In this document: positions 1-13,001 of the stretch, piece after piece | Layout: each line of letters begins with the position of its first letter | Position numbering within the stretch: position 1 is the first letter of the stretch | Source: Mesotaenium endlicherianum | Taxonomy: Eukaryota | NCBI GenBank assembly: GCA_009602735.1 | Contig: WELA01001907.1 | Coordinates: 80,601 to 144,600 of the forward strand | DNA length: 64,000 bases | Direction of reading: 5' to 3' | Position numbers and translations under genes: made by a program | Notes under the pieces: model-generated | What the model was told of the DNA's origin: nothing | The model's database searches: none | What the model saw: the letters and a program-made list of their open reading frames with translations, nothing else

Positions 1-440
1 GGGGGGGGGGCAGTGCAGTGAGTCAGCTGCTCTTGGGGAGGCTTGGCAATGTAAGTCCCAAATCCCTACTGTGCAGCAGGCTTCCTATGCTCTAACTATT
101 GTGCACGCCGGCAAGGGAGAGGAAGAGCCCCCTTGATGCCAAATATCATCTCATCCAAATGAGGAGGGGATGCATTCGGCGGTTCCTGGTTCACAGTCTT
201 GACCGCACAGAAAACCTCGCGGCCTGCCCTGCCTGCTTGCCTACGAGGCCACTTCCAAGTGGGACGAGCCTACCGACGCTGCACCTAAAGAGTGGCTGTG
301 CTGGGAGGAAGATGAGGGACACTCTGGGCTCAAGTGTTATAGGGTTTGACCTCTTAACCTCCTTGCGATTTCTCTACCAACTCACAGGATTGGCGTGAAC
401 GAAAAATTGCAGTAATGAGTGGTCAGGAGCGTGAACGTAC

Positions 441-1181
441 CCTTTTCCAATTAACAATGCGCCATTTAGGTTTTCTCGGCGGCATGGCTGTAGCAGGCCT
501 CTCCCTCAGGAACACCGTGCCACCAGCTTCCTCTGCGGCCTTTATTTGAGGCTGGGGCCGCAGCTTGGTCCCGTTCAGCAGCAGCCCCTCGTCCACAACC
601 GCGTTCTGAAGTCCCGACTTGGCTCTCTGACGCAGCTCCCAGGACGAAAACTCCAAAGACTGGCCTGAATGCTGCCCCCAATGACTTAAGCTCATTGATT
701 TGTTGAAAACTACTCGGAAGGCAAAGAGATAAGCCAGCGGAACCAGCAGGAGTCCCAAGCGGAGGGTGCTGATCAATTTCTTCCTGCTTCCTGCTAAGCC
801 TCCCACTTGTGGCACGCTGGGCTTCCCTTTTGAACCTAATGGCGATAACTTACCATTATACTCGTGATGATGAGGGGTACTGCCATGCCTTTGGGGAAAT
901 TGATCCTTAAATCCCACATGGGCACCTGTCCTAGGGGATCTGAGGGTACCTGTCCGAGGCGATTTCAATACCTGGGCATATTCTCTTGGTGAGCTCATTG
1001 GCTCCTTACCGGGTACCCACGTTGTAATAGATGGGAAGAGATTTGTGAACCAGGGAAAGAAACTAAATGTTGCGCCCAAGAACAAAGATATGCTACCTAT
1101 GCCGAACGAGAAGGTCATCAAGTACTGCCAGCTGAGCCATGGAGGAGGAACAAATAGTGGCTTCCTACTTGACATTATCAA
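441..1181 (-). CDS. Probable first coding exon of a host gene (N-terminal tail, one TM helix and stem; resembles a type II membrane protein such as a glycosyltransferase)
   Basis: 252-aa ORF 423-1181 with basic RKKL followed by hydrophobic LRLGLLLVPLAYLFAFRVVF. Minus-strand donor-like AAGG|GTACGT at 441/440. No TE motifs. Start codon and product are uncertain. Confidence 0.4.
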
Positions 1182-2828
1182 GAGGCTGACCAGATTTGCA
1201 AGAAGCGGCTTTCAACAATCTCATAAATTCTCATGCAGTCTCAACTCTGAACAGCAGCAGTGGCAGGACACCATGGCAAGCGAATATTTATTTGAAGTAA
1301 TTTAGAAATGTCAGCTATGATAGGAGAGCGAGATGTACAAGAAACATGGCGACGAGTTCAGCTGTCTATTTTTGTCTCTGCAATACCGGTGATCTCTGAA
1401 CTCTTCGGCAACAAAATTTCAGGGCTTCAGCCTTCAATTCGTAGAAGAGCGGCATGGAGAGCATGTGTTCGCATCCTGAAAACAATAATCAGCAGAGCAT
1501 CATAAGGCGACAATTCAGTTCGTAAATCGACATGAAGTCCGTGTCCTACCTGAAGAAACACATGTTCAGGTGCTCATGCTGGGCCCCTATGCTGTTTCGG
1601 CTATGACCTGGGATACCTCTGTCGTCCCGAGGCTGAAACTGACACACTTCAAAAAAAATCGATCTGCTCGAAGTCTAGGCGAAACAAGGCGAACACGTAC
1701 GTATACTGACACGCACGACGAGGTGGGAAAACAAACTGACGCGATTTGTACCCCTTCATTTGGGCAATTGCCTACAATTGCTTACGTTATTTTGAATTTT
1801 CTGCTACCTTTCTCGAAAGTTTCGAGTCGCGATGTGAGGCGGTGAACTGTTTCTGAGACTGAATTATGAAGATGTTGTCGTGCATGTCCAGAATTCGTCA
1901 TAAGGAGTTGGGCCAATTATAACTTCGGCACTCGGGATGACGCTCGGGAGCTAGACTCGGGGGTCAGGACTCGATCGGAATGGGGGACTCGAGACCCGGG
2001 ACCAGACCCCTCGAGTTATAACTTTTTGGGTGGTATTTGTATGTTATAAAACCGATTATAAACAAAAGGATGTCTCTTTAAATCCTTATGATTTTGAGTG
2101 GATGTGGCGTAAAGTTCCAAATTTGTCAATTTTCCTCTAAAAAATATCGTGGGATGTTATTATGCCTAAAACAATCCTACCAAATTTTGTCGGATGTTCT
2201 CGAAACGCTGACCGTCGCCCAGAGCAGGCCGGAGGATGTTTCCGAAATTTTCCGAAATCCGCGAATTTTGACGAATCGAGCGAGGGGCCTGCTCGGGACG
2301 CCTTCGGAGTTGGGAAATGAGTTGGGACGGCTCTGGGCAGCTCAGGGTGAAACTTCATCGTTGAGGACAATACACAAGTGTATCGTCACGCGTTAAGACA
2401 TAGCTCACAAATTGCTTATACCAGCTTATACCAGCTTATACGACGCTTTTAATATTAGCAAATGCCAGACGCCAGCAGAAACCGTAAATGCGCGTGGGGA
2501 ACGTGTGGTGGACAAAATGGAACCAGATTGGAATGGGCGGCAGGCTATACGAGAATCCATGTCCCAATTTCCAACTGGCAGCTTTTCAGACTTCAGATCC
2601 AGACCACTTTCGACGGCGCGTCCGGATCAAGCACTGAAGCAGGACAACGACGCGTGTGAACCGACGGACGCTCAAAATTGTAAATACGTGGGCGACTGAA
2701 TTACAACTCCACGTCATTCAAGAATGTGTGAGCGCAAAGTGACTGGCAGAAGCTGAAAGAAAACATGAGAAGATGCTACATGAATTCCAGGTTCAATGGA
2801 TTGGCTCTTTGCACACTAACGTGATCAG

Positions 2829-4053
2829 TGTCGCGACTGCTACCCACTTGACGGTGCCGCACGCGCAGCGCAAGTCACGGCCGTCCAGGTACGGTAAGTC
2901 AGCGTTGACTAACCGACCAAGGGACCGAGAGATCTCCGTCAGCGGTCATGTCAAAGTCGTTTTGAGTGTCAAAGTGGTCACGACACGTCAAACCCACACC
3001 AAAGGATGAATGGGATTTAGACGGAGTAGTTAGCCGAAAGGCTAGGGGTGTGAAACCAGCAAGTGCCCGGAAAGGTCTGATCAATTGGCTATCTAAGCCA
3101 ATTACAGCAGGGATGTTGCAGAGGCGTTGTGGGCCACCTCGGCCAAGACCCTCATGTGGCCAGTCACGGCTTGAGCGTGCGTCCTAAACGTTGCCAGCTA
3201 GCCACATAGGCATGATTGTCAGCTGAAGGGCTAAGCAGCCACGCGCGACAATCCCAAGGCATGCATGCATGCGGAATGACAACTCCTAAGCTGTGTGAGA
3301 GCTGCTAGGTAAGGACGGCATGCAAGCTAAGCACTGTGACTAAGCACTAGCATTCTCGAGAGAGGATAATGTGTGGTGCCTGTGAAGGCACGAGTCCTGC
3401 CTGAAGCTGCCTCATTCTTGCTCGCATCGTTGTCGAAGGAAGTTGAAGAAGCGGAGGGAGCACGAAGAAGAAGGAGTTCCCAAGGCCATAGAAGAACCGA
3501 GACGCCACGCTTCTGCCGACGCTGGAAGATTTCTTCCCAAGTGTATCATAGAAAGGTTAGACCTCAGGAGTTTCCCAGAGAGGATCTCGCTGGTAGAAAG
3601 TAGAGAGCTGCAGAAAAGAATCTGTTAGGAGATTAGCACAGATTTGGGTCAAACGCCACAAGCGTGCGAGAGACACTTAAAATGGTGAGTGTTGTGTTGG
3701 TTTCCAAGTTCTCAGAAGTCCCAATTGTCGAACTGCTGATAGCAAGAGTAGCCTTAACAAGTAAAGCTCTCAGTGAAGAACTGAGTGAGCCCAGCCGAGC
3801 AGTGAAGAGCTGTTAAGGCGCGGTGCTGAGTGAAGAGCTCAGGCCAGGCCAGCATAGATGTGCAGTTTCAGAGTTCTGTAAGCTATGACTTGTGGAAGTT
3901 AAGCGAAAGCCTTGAAGGGCGATTTGCTCTGAATCTGGCATTGCCTGTTAAGCTGCTTAGACGTGATTTCTGCAAACCACAAAACTTGTTCATTCTGTAA
4001 ATCCTCAACATAGGCGAAAGCTTGTGTGGAAGTAAGACGCTTCTGTCCTACTT
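2829..4053 (+). repeat. Terminal repeat A1 of element A (1225 bp)
   Basis: Direct repeat of 20057-21281 at constant offset 17228. The ORF track gives identical peptides in both copies. Confidence 0.95.
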
Positions 4054-4117
4054 CTGAGAACTTGTTGATTGGTTCAGGTGAATTCAAGAATTCAAGAATT
4101 CCCAAGTCAGTTGGGGA

Positions 4118-5720
4118 TTGAGGCCTGTGAAGGCTGCCAGTGTTCAACCTGGAAGGGGACCCGGAGAAATTGAACTGTATATGCGGTTGAGGAGTGGAAG
4201 ACTCTACCACTCTGTGGAGCCCGTAGAAGGTTCTGATTCTAGCCAGAGTCCACGAGGAAGTGAGACGTCTAAGCATACTGACAACCGGTGGAGTGAGCAA
4301 CTGTCGAGAGACGAGTTTCGTCATATCTCCGCAAGCGGTAAGAACTCGGATAACACACGAGCCTTTGCACCTGATTTGGGCAGAGAGCAAGACGTGTGGG
4401 GAGAAGTGAGTGAGTCCTGCTCACGTTTCGAAATGGTCGGTGATGATCGGGATGAAAATCCTAAGTTCAAGCTGTCTGCAAAGTATTTTAGCGGACGAAC
4501 CAGCGGAAATGGTCTCACTTTCGAAGAGTTTGATGAGATCTATTGGGCAGAATGCTTTGAGAAGATTCGCAAGGATTCTTCTTATACGCAATCTGTCACA
4601 TTTATAGGCTTGGTTCAGTACTTGGACAAGGATGCCTTGCTGCTATATCGCCAATTTCGGAAGGATAAGGATCTCAACCAGGATTGAGCATTTGCAGAAC
4701 AGAAAAGGGCAAGGGATTTGAAAATATAGAGAGAGGCTGCAAAAGCCCGAATGTCTGCTCTATCTTCAGGAAGAACAGTGACAACTGCATCTATTGAGAG
4801 CATAAACTTAGCTGCACTAACACAATAATTAACAGAGGCCATGAGGCAACTCACTGAGGGTCAGCGAAGGGCTGCTACTCAGAGCGATGATGCCGGCTCT
4901 GTCGCAGAGTTGCGAAAAGTGTGTGCAGAACTATCTGAAAAGATTGCTAATGCTCAGGAACGAGTAACACGCAGAGCTGCACCTCTCTATGGTCAGCAAG
5001 GCGACAGCGCCACGACAGAAGCAAGTCATGCGCAAGCCTTGGCTAGCTGTCGTAAGGATATGGAGGTTGGGGATGACCAACTAAACCCGAGCATTGTCTG
5101 CGCCGTTTCTTTAAGTTGCTTGAAGCACAATTTTCAGAGGATCGCAGTCTTAAGGTGCACCGTTATGTGCATTTTGTCCGTCAGAAAAACGAGACAGTCA
5201 TAGAGGTTAAATCCAGATTGGTAGATCTCACCAAAAAGGCAAAAATATACGAGCCCAGAATAGTGGCTGACAAGTTTCTGTTGTGCTTGGGCAAGGAAAC
5301 AGATCGTGAAGTCGGGCCACACCTGTCTGTAAAGCACGGGATAGACTGGGACATCGACGAGGCGGCTGAAATAGCATGCAATGTCGAAGAAGGTAAAGTG
5401 TGGTGCAAAGAGGCTTCCAGGACGCTTATGGCTCCTGAGAGGAGGGAGGAATCCTCTCCACCTAAGGCCAACAGCTCTAATTTACAATTTAAGAAAAAGA
5501 GCGGGTCTTTCAATAAGTTTGCTAAGCATGCCAACATTGTTGAAACAGCAGAGAGCTGTTGGAATTGCGGGAAATCGGGACATCAAAAGAGGGATTATCC
5601 GTACCCAGATGCTAAGCAATTATCTGCTAACAAGGCATAGATATGTGCACATTGCAGCAAAAAGGGACATTCATTCAGAAGATGAGTGCTGGTCTAAGAA
5701 CCCAAATTTAAAACCGCCTT
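4118..5720 (+). pseudogene. gag: Element A gag (fragmented)
   Basis: Fragments 4118-4687, 4841-5203, 5116-5640. Zinc knuckles CWNCGKSGHQKRDY (last C lost) and CAHCSKKGH/SEDECW across a frameshift at about 5644-5692. Confidence 0.7.
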
Positions 5721-6299
5721 GGGCAAATGCTGCCATGAAAGAGGCAGACAAGGAAATAAAGAAAGCAAAGGGTGCCTCAGGTAATCGCAAGGGTAACAAG
5801 AAGTATGAAGCCATGAGTGCAGAAGTCGCTGAGTTGAAAGCTCAGTTTGCGAAACTAAACGCGCCCAATGTCTACCATGATGCAGATATTGCAGAAAATA
5901 CCGTCTGCAAAGGCGATAAGCTGATGCCTGAAAAGGCTGTGGACGCAACGGCTGCCAAGCAAGCAGATCACAACCGTCTGGTGCCAAGGAATGCTGGGAA
6001 GCTTCCTCAGACTTTCCGAATCACTCTGGATGAAAACAAGATCTCGCAGCTACGACAAGCCAGGCCCGGGACACGTAAGACATTTAGTTTTTCGCTGGAG
6101 AAGCTGAAGGCCGTGGTGGAACACCGGATCCAACATGCTCATTTGCTTTCTCTTGCTGATTTGCATATCACTTACCCATTCACGGTTGAAGAAGCCGGAC
6201 ATCAGCTGGATATAGCTGAGGAAGGTGCAAATAGCGCCACATTGCCCACCAATTTTAGCACCGTGAGAGTGCAAATTAGGAATGGTGCATTAATCTTCA

Positions 6300-6625
6300 A
6301 CAATTAGGCAACTTCCAACATTCTGTCGGATACAGGCGTACAGCCAGTCATTTTGGGAAAGCGAGCTGTGAAAGCTCTAGGATTCACGGCAAGGGACCTG
6401 AAAGAGAGCCCTTTCCAGTTGAGAACTGCCTCAAGACAAGTCTCAAAGTCTTGTGGGATAATCCGCAAGCGTGTGAAAATCACAGTAAATCCAGGGAAAC
6501 CTGAAGAGGCGTCACTACTCATGGAGTGCACAGTGACGGAGGCAGAGAACTGTGATGTTCTCTTGGGAACAGAAGCACTGATTCCCTTGGGTATGGTCAT
6601 TGATCTTACCAGTCAACAGATCGGC
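6300..6625 (+). pseudogene. Element A aspartic protease
   Basis: NILSDTGVQPVILGK (DTG) ... DVLLGTEALIPLGMVIDL, just after an in-frame stop at 6305-6307. Confidence 0.8.
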
Positions 6626-6949
6626 AGCCGGCAGGAGAAATTCCTGTGAAGATGGTTTGCACAGGAGAAGCAAACTACGGACCTCTAGACTGCTGCGTTA
6701 ACAACAGGTACCAAGAAGCCTGCGACAACATCATGAAGCAAGAAGAGGAAGGCTATATGAGCATCAACATGCCAACACCCTTGGTATGGCAACCCCAAAT
6801 CATGAAGCAGTTGAAAATTGTGAGTAATAGGGACCGCGGCCCGCAAGAGTTGCTGCCAGTACCTTACCCAATTACCTCCATTGCAAATCTGATGCCTGGA
6901 GTTGAGCCGCTGCCGCAAGGCATTGTTAGGATGGAAGATCCTTTTCGCA

Positions 6950-7920
6950 AAAGGGGAGTAGTGGTGTTGGAATGATTCGCCGGACTTGGGTCTGGGACCA
7001 TAGCATTGATCCAGCGAGGTATACAGGTGGCCAAAGTCCTGTATGTGGACAATGACGACCACGCTTTTCTAGCATTCCAAGAAGTCATGAGTCAGATGCG
7101 GCAAATGCATCATTAGAAAGGGTTGGCGCCTGCATATAGCAATGTCGAGCGCATCGCTGGAGGCAACATTATTGTTGTGAAGCCTGAACACCTATATGGC
7201 TACAGGATTGACTGGATCTTTGCTGGATTTCCGTGTCAACCGTTTTCTCAAGCGGAGGGGATTCAGTGATCCACGAGCACAACACTGGGGATGGATGGTG
7301 AAAATCATCAGCATGCTGCGGGAACGACAGCACTACTACCCACCAGTGTTTGTGATCGAGAATGTGCATCCAGGAATGGATTACAAGCAGATGAAGCCGA
7401 GAGAACCATGGCTAATTTTTGACTCCACTTTGGACCATCATGTGCTAATCAACGACGCCAAGCACGGAGGATTTTCCCAATAGGGCCAGGATATTTTGGA
7501 CCACTGGCATGTCTATTGAGGTCCTGAGGGAGATGAAGGACACTACACGGCGATCACCAACGGCATTGACAGGCGCTGGCGGTGCATACCAGACCAGTGG
7601 CCAGGAGGGATTCCTATCCACAGTGTGTCATCAATGAACTAGGTCAGCCAAGAGTGGTACTGCCAACTTTCACAGCATATCCAAGATCCCGAGCCTTCAT
7701 AGAAGGTGGACCAGGAATGGTCAAACCCATGCATGAAAGAAACGCCGTTTGGAGAGAGCCTACTGCGGTGGAGATGGGCAAATGCCTTGGAATACCTGAC
7801 AACATAGCTCGGCATATCGCCGGTGCTGTAGGGTCAGATGAAGCTGCAAAGCTTTTCGGCAACATGATTGGGCAACACTCTTTGACTTCGTTGGTAAAAA
7901 CAACCATGACATGGCTGCAG
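6950..7920 (+). pseudogene. C5-cytosine DNA methyltransferase domain embedded in element A pol
   Basis: Motifs in order across stops and frameshifts: I VVLE*FAGLG (FAGLG 6976-6990); IV WIFAGFPCQPFS (GFPCQPFS 7225-7248, catalytic PC); DPR; VI FVIENV (ENV 7358-7366); VIII RARIFWT (7482-7502); IX WREPTAVEMGKCLGIP; X LFGNMIG (about 7852-7872). Confidence 0.9.
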
Positions 7921-10130
7921 CTGACTTCCACTGACAATCCTATGCCAAGGACAAGACTAGAGACAATTGGAGTCAATGTGGTGCTAACATCTGATCAAAG
8001 AGCTATCAGGACGACACACCAGCAACAAGAAGAATATGGTGTGCAAAGAGACGCAGCTGAAGCTGCCAGAGACAGAGCACTCAGGCAAGCTAGGGTGGCT
8101 GAATTTAGGAGATGCCAGGACCTCTTGGACCGGATTGATAACCGGACCAATGAATTACAAGCACCCCTGGAAAGAGAAGATACACCTATGAAGGACCAGG
8201 CACCATCAGGCAACGCCGCTGCCAAGAGTAGAAGACGATACACAAAACACTCCATCATCTGTGAGAAACGCAAATCACAGCCATATATTTGGGAGCTGAC
8301 CTCCTAGAGCCACGACATCAAGACGTAAGGAGACTCCAGAAGATGCCAGATCAGGGTATGATACCAACCGCAGCCCAAGAGCAGCTGGGCGCGGAGACTA
8401 TTGGCAGGAAAGCTCAAGTAGCTCGGAAGCTAACCAACAGTGTCTGTCGTCTTCACCAGAGCAAGCGCCGTTACAAGACATGTCAGAAGAGTCTGAGAAG
8501 AAGACCCCTGAGCCAACGCCTGAAGAAATTGGACATTATCTAAACCAAGGATTAAGGCAAGAACGCCAGTGCAATATTGGTAAGTGGGCTGAAGAGAGTA
8601 GGCAGAGTTCACGAGATTCTGGAGGATCTGCGAAGACCATATGCCTCAAAGTGATATTCGAAGAACGCCAGAAGGAGTTGGACAAGAAATTTTCTACAAC
8701 ACCTGCTTTGGTGAGCCCAGAGCCGCAGGCTAAGGGGCAACAGCAGGGTTCAGCTAGTCAAACAGCTGAATCCATTACAAGGCAGATCATCGAGCAACTG
8801 CTGGAAGCAGACGCTCGACAGCATAAGGAAAAGGAAGTGGCTAAGGCAGCAAGTACGCTGCAATCAGCCATTGTCAACTTGACGAACCTCAACACAGATG
8901 ATGATGAAGAGCCGCCACCACCTGGAGTGGAGACGTCAGTTGAAGATGACGCAGAAATGCCAGACCTTATAGGGTTTGACCTGCCGCCAATCACCAATGA
9001 AGAGGAGATTCAAGAAGAAATTCCACGTTTTCCTACCCCAGAGCTGGATCTGTTGGAGCTACAAGAGCTCAGGACGGATGACTGGGTGGCCGACCACTTG
9101 ATAATGGAGGGACCCAGCCCATCAGATCTATACAACAATCTGAGGTCGCCTACATCCAGCACCCCAACTGCCAGTTTTCCAGCACCAGAAGCTGTTTCCC
9201 ATCAACTACAACAGCCGCAGGAAGTGGCTACCTGTACCGCTAAGGTGGAACCAACACAAGGTAATCCTCGCAATTGCGCAAGCTAACTAAGGAAGGTAGC
9301 CCGGGAAGGGAATGCACCTTTCAGGCGGATGTTGATGCGTTATCTCAAATATAGGGGAACAGCTCAGAGACAAGGGGTTCCGAAAGGAACCATGGCTCCA
9401 CCTCCGCACCCTATCTCGGAGATTTTGCAGAGAGAAGGAGAGGATGGTTTGATTCGCAAAGCCATAGAACTGGGAATGCACATTCCTATGGTGCGTCCTT
9501 CATCCACTAGAACGTGGGAAAAGGACAGTTCAGCTCCTAGGACATCAGTAGTTTCTGAAACGGAATTGTTAGAGCTGAGAAGCACCATAAGCCGCTTGAC
9601 AGCAAAAAATGATGTATACGCACAACTAGCTGCGGCTCAAAGACAGCAGACGTTGACAAAAGCATGGACGGTTACGCCACCAGCCAGGGAGGAGTTTGGC
9701 ACAACCTTTGCGCGCATTATTACTATTGAACGCGAATGGGGTTGGACAATTGACCCCAGAGCAGATCCAGCAGGGTGGCCGTTGCCAAACCCGCCCCCGC
9801 CACGTGAACAGGAAGGAACAGGGATCAGCTGGACTGCTGCAGATGAAGAAAGGTTCTTGAGGCAGTCTATCCGAAGACGTCTGACATACCCCACTTAACA
9901 TGAGAGTTGACGATCCATCGGAAAAGGTAAAAAGCCTAAGAAGCAGGCCGCCGAGCCTAAAGCAACGGAGGAGCAAGGTACGAAGCCTGCCACACCACCT
10001 CCGAACAATTAGGCAGAAAAGCTTGAAGATCAGGATGAGGGGTCCCCCACCTGGACCCAAAGAGTAGCAACTACTGGATGCCTGTGTTGGGGAAAAGCAG
10101 CTGGAAACTGAGGTTCTTACCATTGGAAAA

Positions 10131-13001
10131 ATGGTGTCAACCCAACAGAGCGCACAAGTAGAAAGCCTGCTGAAGAAGCACCGCAAGGTGTTTGCTTTTA
10201 TAAAGGAGGAGATTGGAAGAACCACTGCCAGTGCGTGTGAGATCACACTAAATACTGATAACCCATTCAGACTTGGGCTGCATAAGCTCAGTCAAATCAA
10301 ATGGGACTGTGTGGAGAAAACTTGCCAGGAGCTGCACAATCTCGGCATAATTGAGAAATCAACCTCAGTACATGGAGCTCGCACAGTTGTAGTTGCCAAG
10401 AAGGACGAGGCTGGCAAATATACAGACACTTGTATGTGTGGAGATTACAGACGACTGAATCTTCACACGGAGCCAGACAGCTATGTGATGCCTACACCAG
10501 AGCGGATCTTTGCGATTGCTACCACCGGGAAGGTGTTGAGCATCATCGATCTAGGCCAAGGCTTCAACCAGATCCCTGTGAAAACAGAAGATTGAGGTAC
10601 GACCACTTTCTGGGCCCAAAAGGAACTTTGGTAATGAACGGTAATGCCGTTTGGGCTGAAAAATGCCCCAGCCATCTTTCAGAGGACTATGGACAAAATG
10701 CTGGAGGGGCTGGATTTTGCAAAACCATACATTGATGACGTGGTGGTGTTCAGCAAGTCCATAGAAGAGCACCTCAAGCACTTGGAACAAGTGTTCCAGC
10801 GCTTGGAGAAATTCCAGATGACGCTGCACCTTGGAAAGTGCAGATTCTTTGAGGCACATGTGCCTTACTTAGGACATGAGATTGGGAACAATGCTATGTC
10901 CCCTCAGGCAGTAAAGACTGAAGCCATTTACAAGATACCTGCACCAGCGAATGTGTCTAAGCTGAAAGCCCTGTTAGGACTAAGCGAATACTATCGTAAA
11001 TTTGTGAAGGACTATAGCAAAATTGCTAATCCTTGAGAGAACTCATGAAAAAGGACGTACCTTTTGTGTGGACGGAAGCCCAGGAGAAGGCCATGAACGA
11101 GCTCAAGGAGCGGCTGGTAACAGCCCCAATTTTGCGAACGCCCGACTACTCCAAGCCGTTCAGTCTACACAATGACTGGAGTCGTATGGGAATCGGCGCA
11201 GTTCTCACTCAGGCCGCAAGTCCTAGAGAGGAGTACGTCATTGCCTATGCCTCACGCTCTAACAACCGAGTGGAGAGCAATTACTCGTCCTACGAAAGAG
11301 AGCTACTGGCAGTGGTTTGGACTGTCGCACATTTCAGAAAGTATCTATGGGGAAGACCCTTCACGCTGATCACTGATCACTCGCCGTTACTCTGGCTGGT
11401 GAAGAATGGAGACTCACTGGTAAATTGGCTCGCTGGGCTCTTAAGCTCTAGAAGTACCAGATGACAGTGATACATTGAGCAGGTATACTCAACAATGACG
11501 CCGATGGACTCAGCAGAAACCCCGACCCATCCGTAGACGACAAAACGAGAGCTCGAGAAGACGAAGATCCGAGCAGCCCAGCAGAATTGGCAGCCTACCT
11601 GGCCGAAATGGCTAGAATGGTAGCGTCAGGAGAAGCTGAGCCTCTACCCCTGTTCAGTCGAGAGATCTGGAAAGATCAAGCCACCATGCATTGGCTGAAG
11701 ACGGGAGTCCACATGGAAGGATTATCGGTGAAAGAAAAGGACCAGGTGAGCCATCAAGCTAAACGGTTTTTGCTGGAAACGCAATAACCTCTTCAAGATT
11801 GAAGAAACTGGTCAGAAGAAGTTGGTGCCAGAACCCACCAAAAGGCGAGCTCTGGTGCAGAAAATGCACGAGAATATTGGACACTATGGTGTCAAGAAGA
11901 CGTCCCGTGTTCTGGAGTTGTCTTATTGGTGGAGGGGTATGAAGCAGCAGTGTGAGGATGTGATCAAGACATGCCAAAGCTGTGATCGCGTCAAGGCTGG
12001 TTTTACACAGCAACATCCACACCTGCAACCCCTGCCAATCATGGGCCTAGGCTACCGGTGGAGCTGCGATCTTGCAGGTGAGCTACCGCAGTCCAAGCGA
12101 GGTAACAAGTACATTATGGTCATGATTGAGCATTTCTCTAAGTGGATAGAGGTTGTACCTCTAACTGCTAAGGAAAGCTTGGGGACCGCGGAGGCGCTTC
12201 TCAACGGTGTGATTGTACGTCATGGAGCTCCAGCATAAGTGTTGACAGACCAAGGATCTGAGTTCCAAGGATCTTTTCAAAAACTCTTGGACAGATGCTT
12301 CATTGACCATCGCACTACGTTAAGAGATCACCAACAGGCGGATGGTCTAGCAGAACGGATGGTGCAAATCATAAAGTCTGCTTTGCGCAAAATTTGCCTT
12401 GAGCATGACAAGCGTGATTGGCATCTGGCCCTGCCATGGCTGGTTATGGGTTCCAGATTTAGCAAGCAAGCTGCTTTGGCAAATTACTCGCCTTATCAAA
12501 TTCTGTTTGGCAGAAGTCCAGTTGTGCCCAGCAGCATCAAGCAGGAGATCGAGCAGGTAAAAGACCTGGACAACCGTGATGAATTGCTAAAGGTCATGAT
12601 ACGCCGCAAGGCGTCATTTGAGCACATAATGCCTGCTGCCCTGGACAATCTGAAAATTGCACAGAAAAGAGACACACAGCGTTACGCCAGGACGCGAGAC
12701 GGGAGCTACCGCCTGCAAATGACACAGATCCAGGAAGGAGACTTCGTCCACCGCAAGCGCCAGACCAAGACCACCATTGACACCAGTTCAGGTGCAGTAA
12801 TCTTACGCGTGAAACATGCGTTCGACAATGGTGTGTTGGAACTGGAAGGTTCAGGTGGTAAAACCAAAAGAGATCACGTGCAGAATCGCTCGCTGTGCCA
12901 CTTGCCTAATATCAATCCTATGGTTAAGACTGTGCCCGAAGAATTGGTGCCAGCCACACCTTGTGCCAGCTGCAAAGTGCGGGATGATCAAGAAGCAATG
13001 G
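10131..13001 (+). pseudogene. pol: Element A RT - RNase H - integrase - truncated PHD finger
   Basis: MCGDYRRLN, IDLGQGFNQI, MPFGLKNAPAIFQR, YIDD (10728-10739). RH ND...IGAVL...IAYASR...ELLAVVW...TDH. IN H-GH...C..C, WSCDLAG, LTDQGSEF, GLAERMVQ. Ends CASCKVRDDQEAMV (PHD start), cut by element B. Confidence 0.9.

Noticed and set aside
1917..2021. Possible MITE (TTATAACT...AGTTATAA with internal CTCGGG motifs)
   Set aside because: The inverted match is very short, with no clear TSD and no second copy in the window.
4070..4082. TGGTTCAGGTG as the PBS of element A
   Set aside because: It lies about 16 nt from the end of A1, is not preceded by CA, and I cannot match it to a known tRNA 3' end. 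A host tRNA search would be needed.
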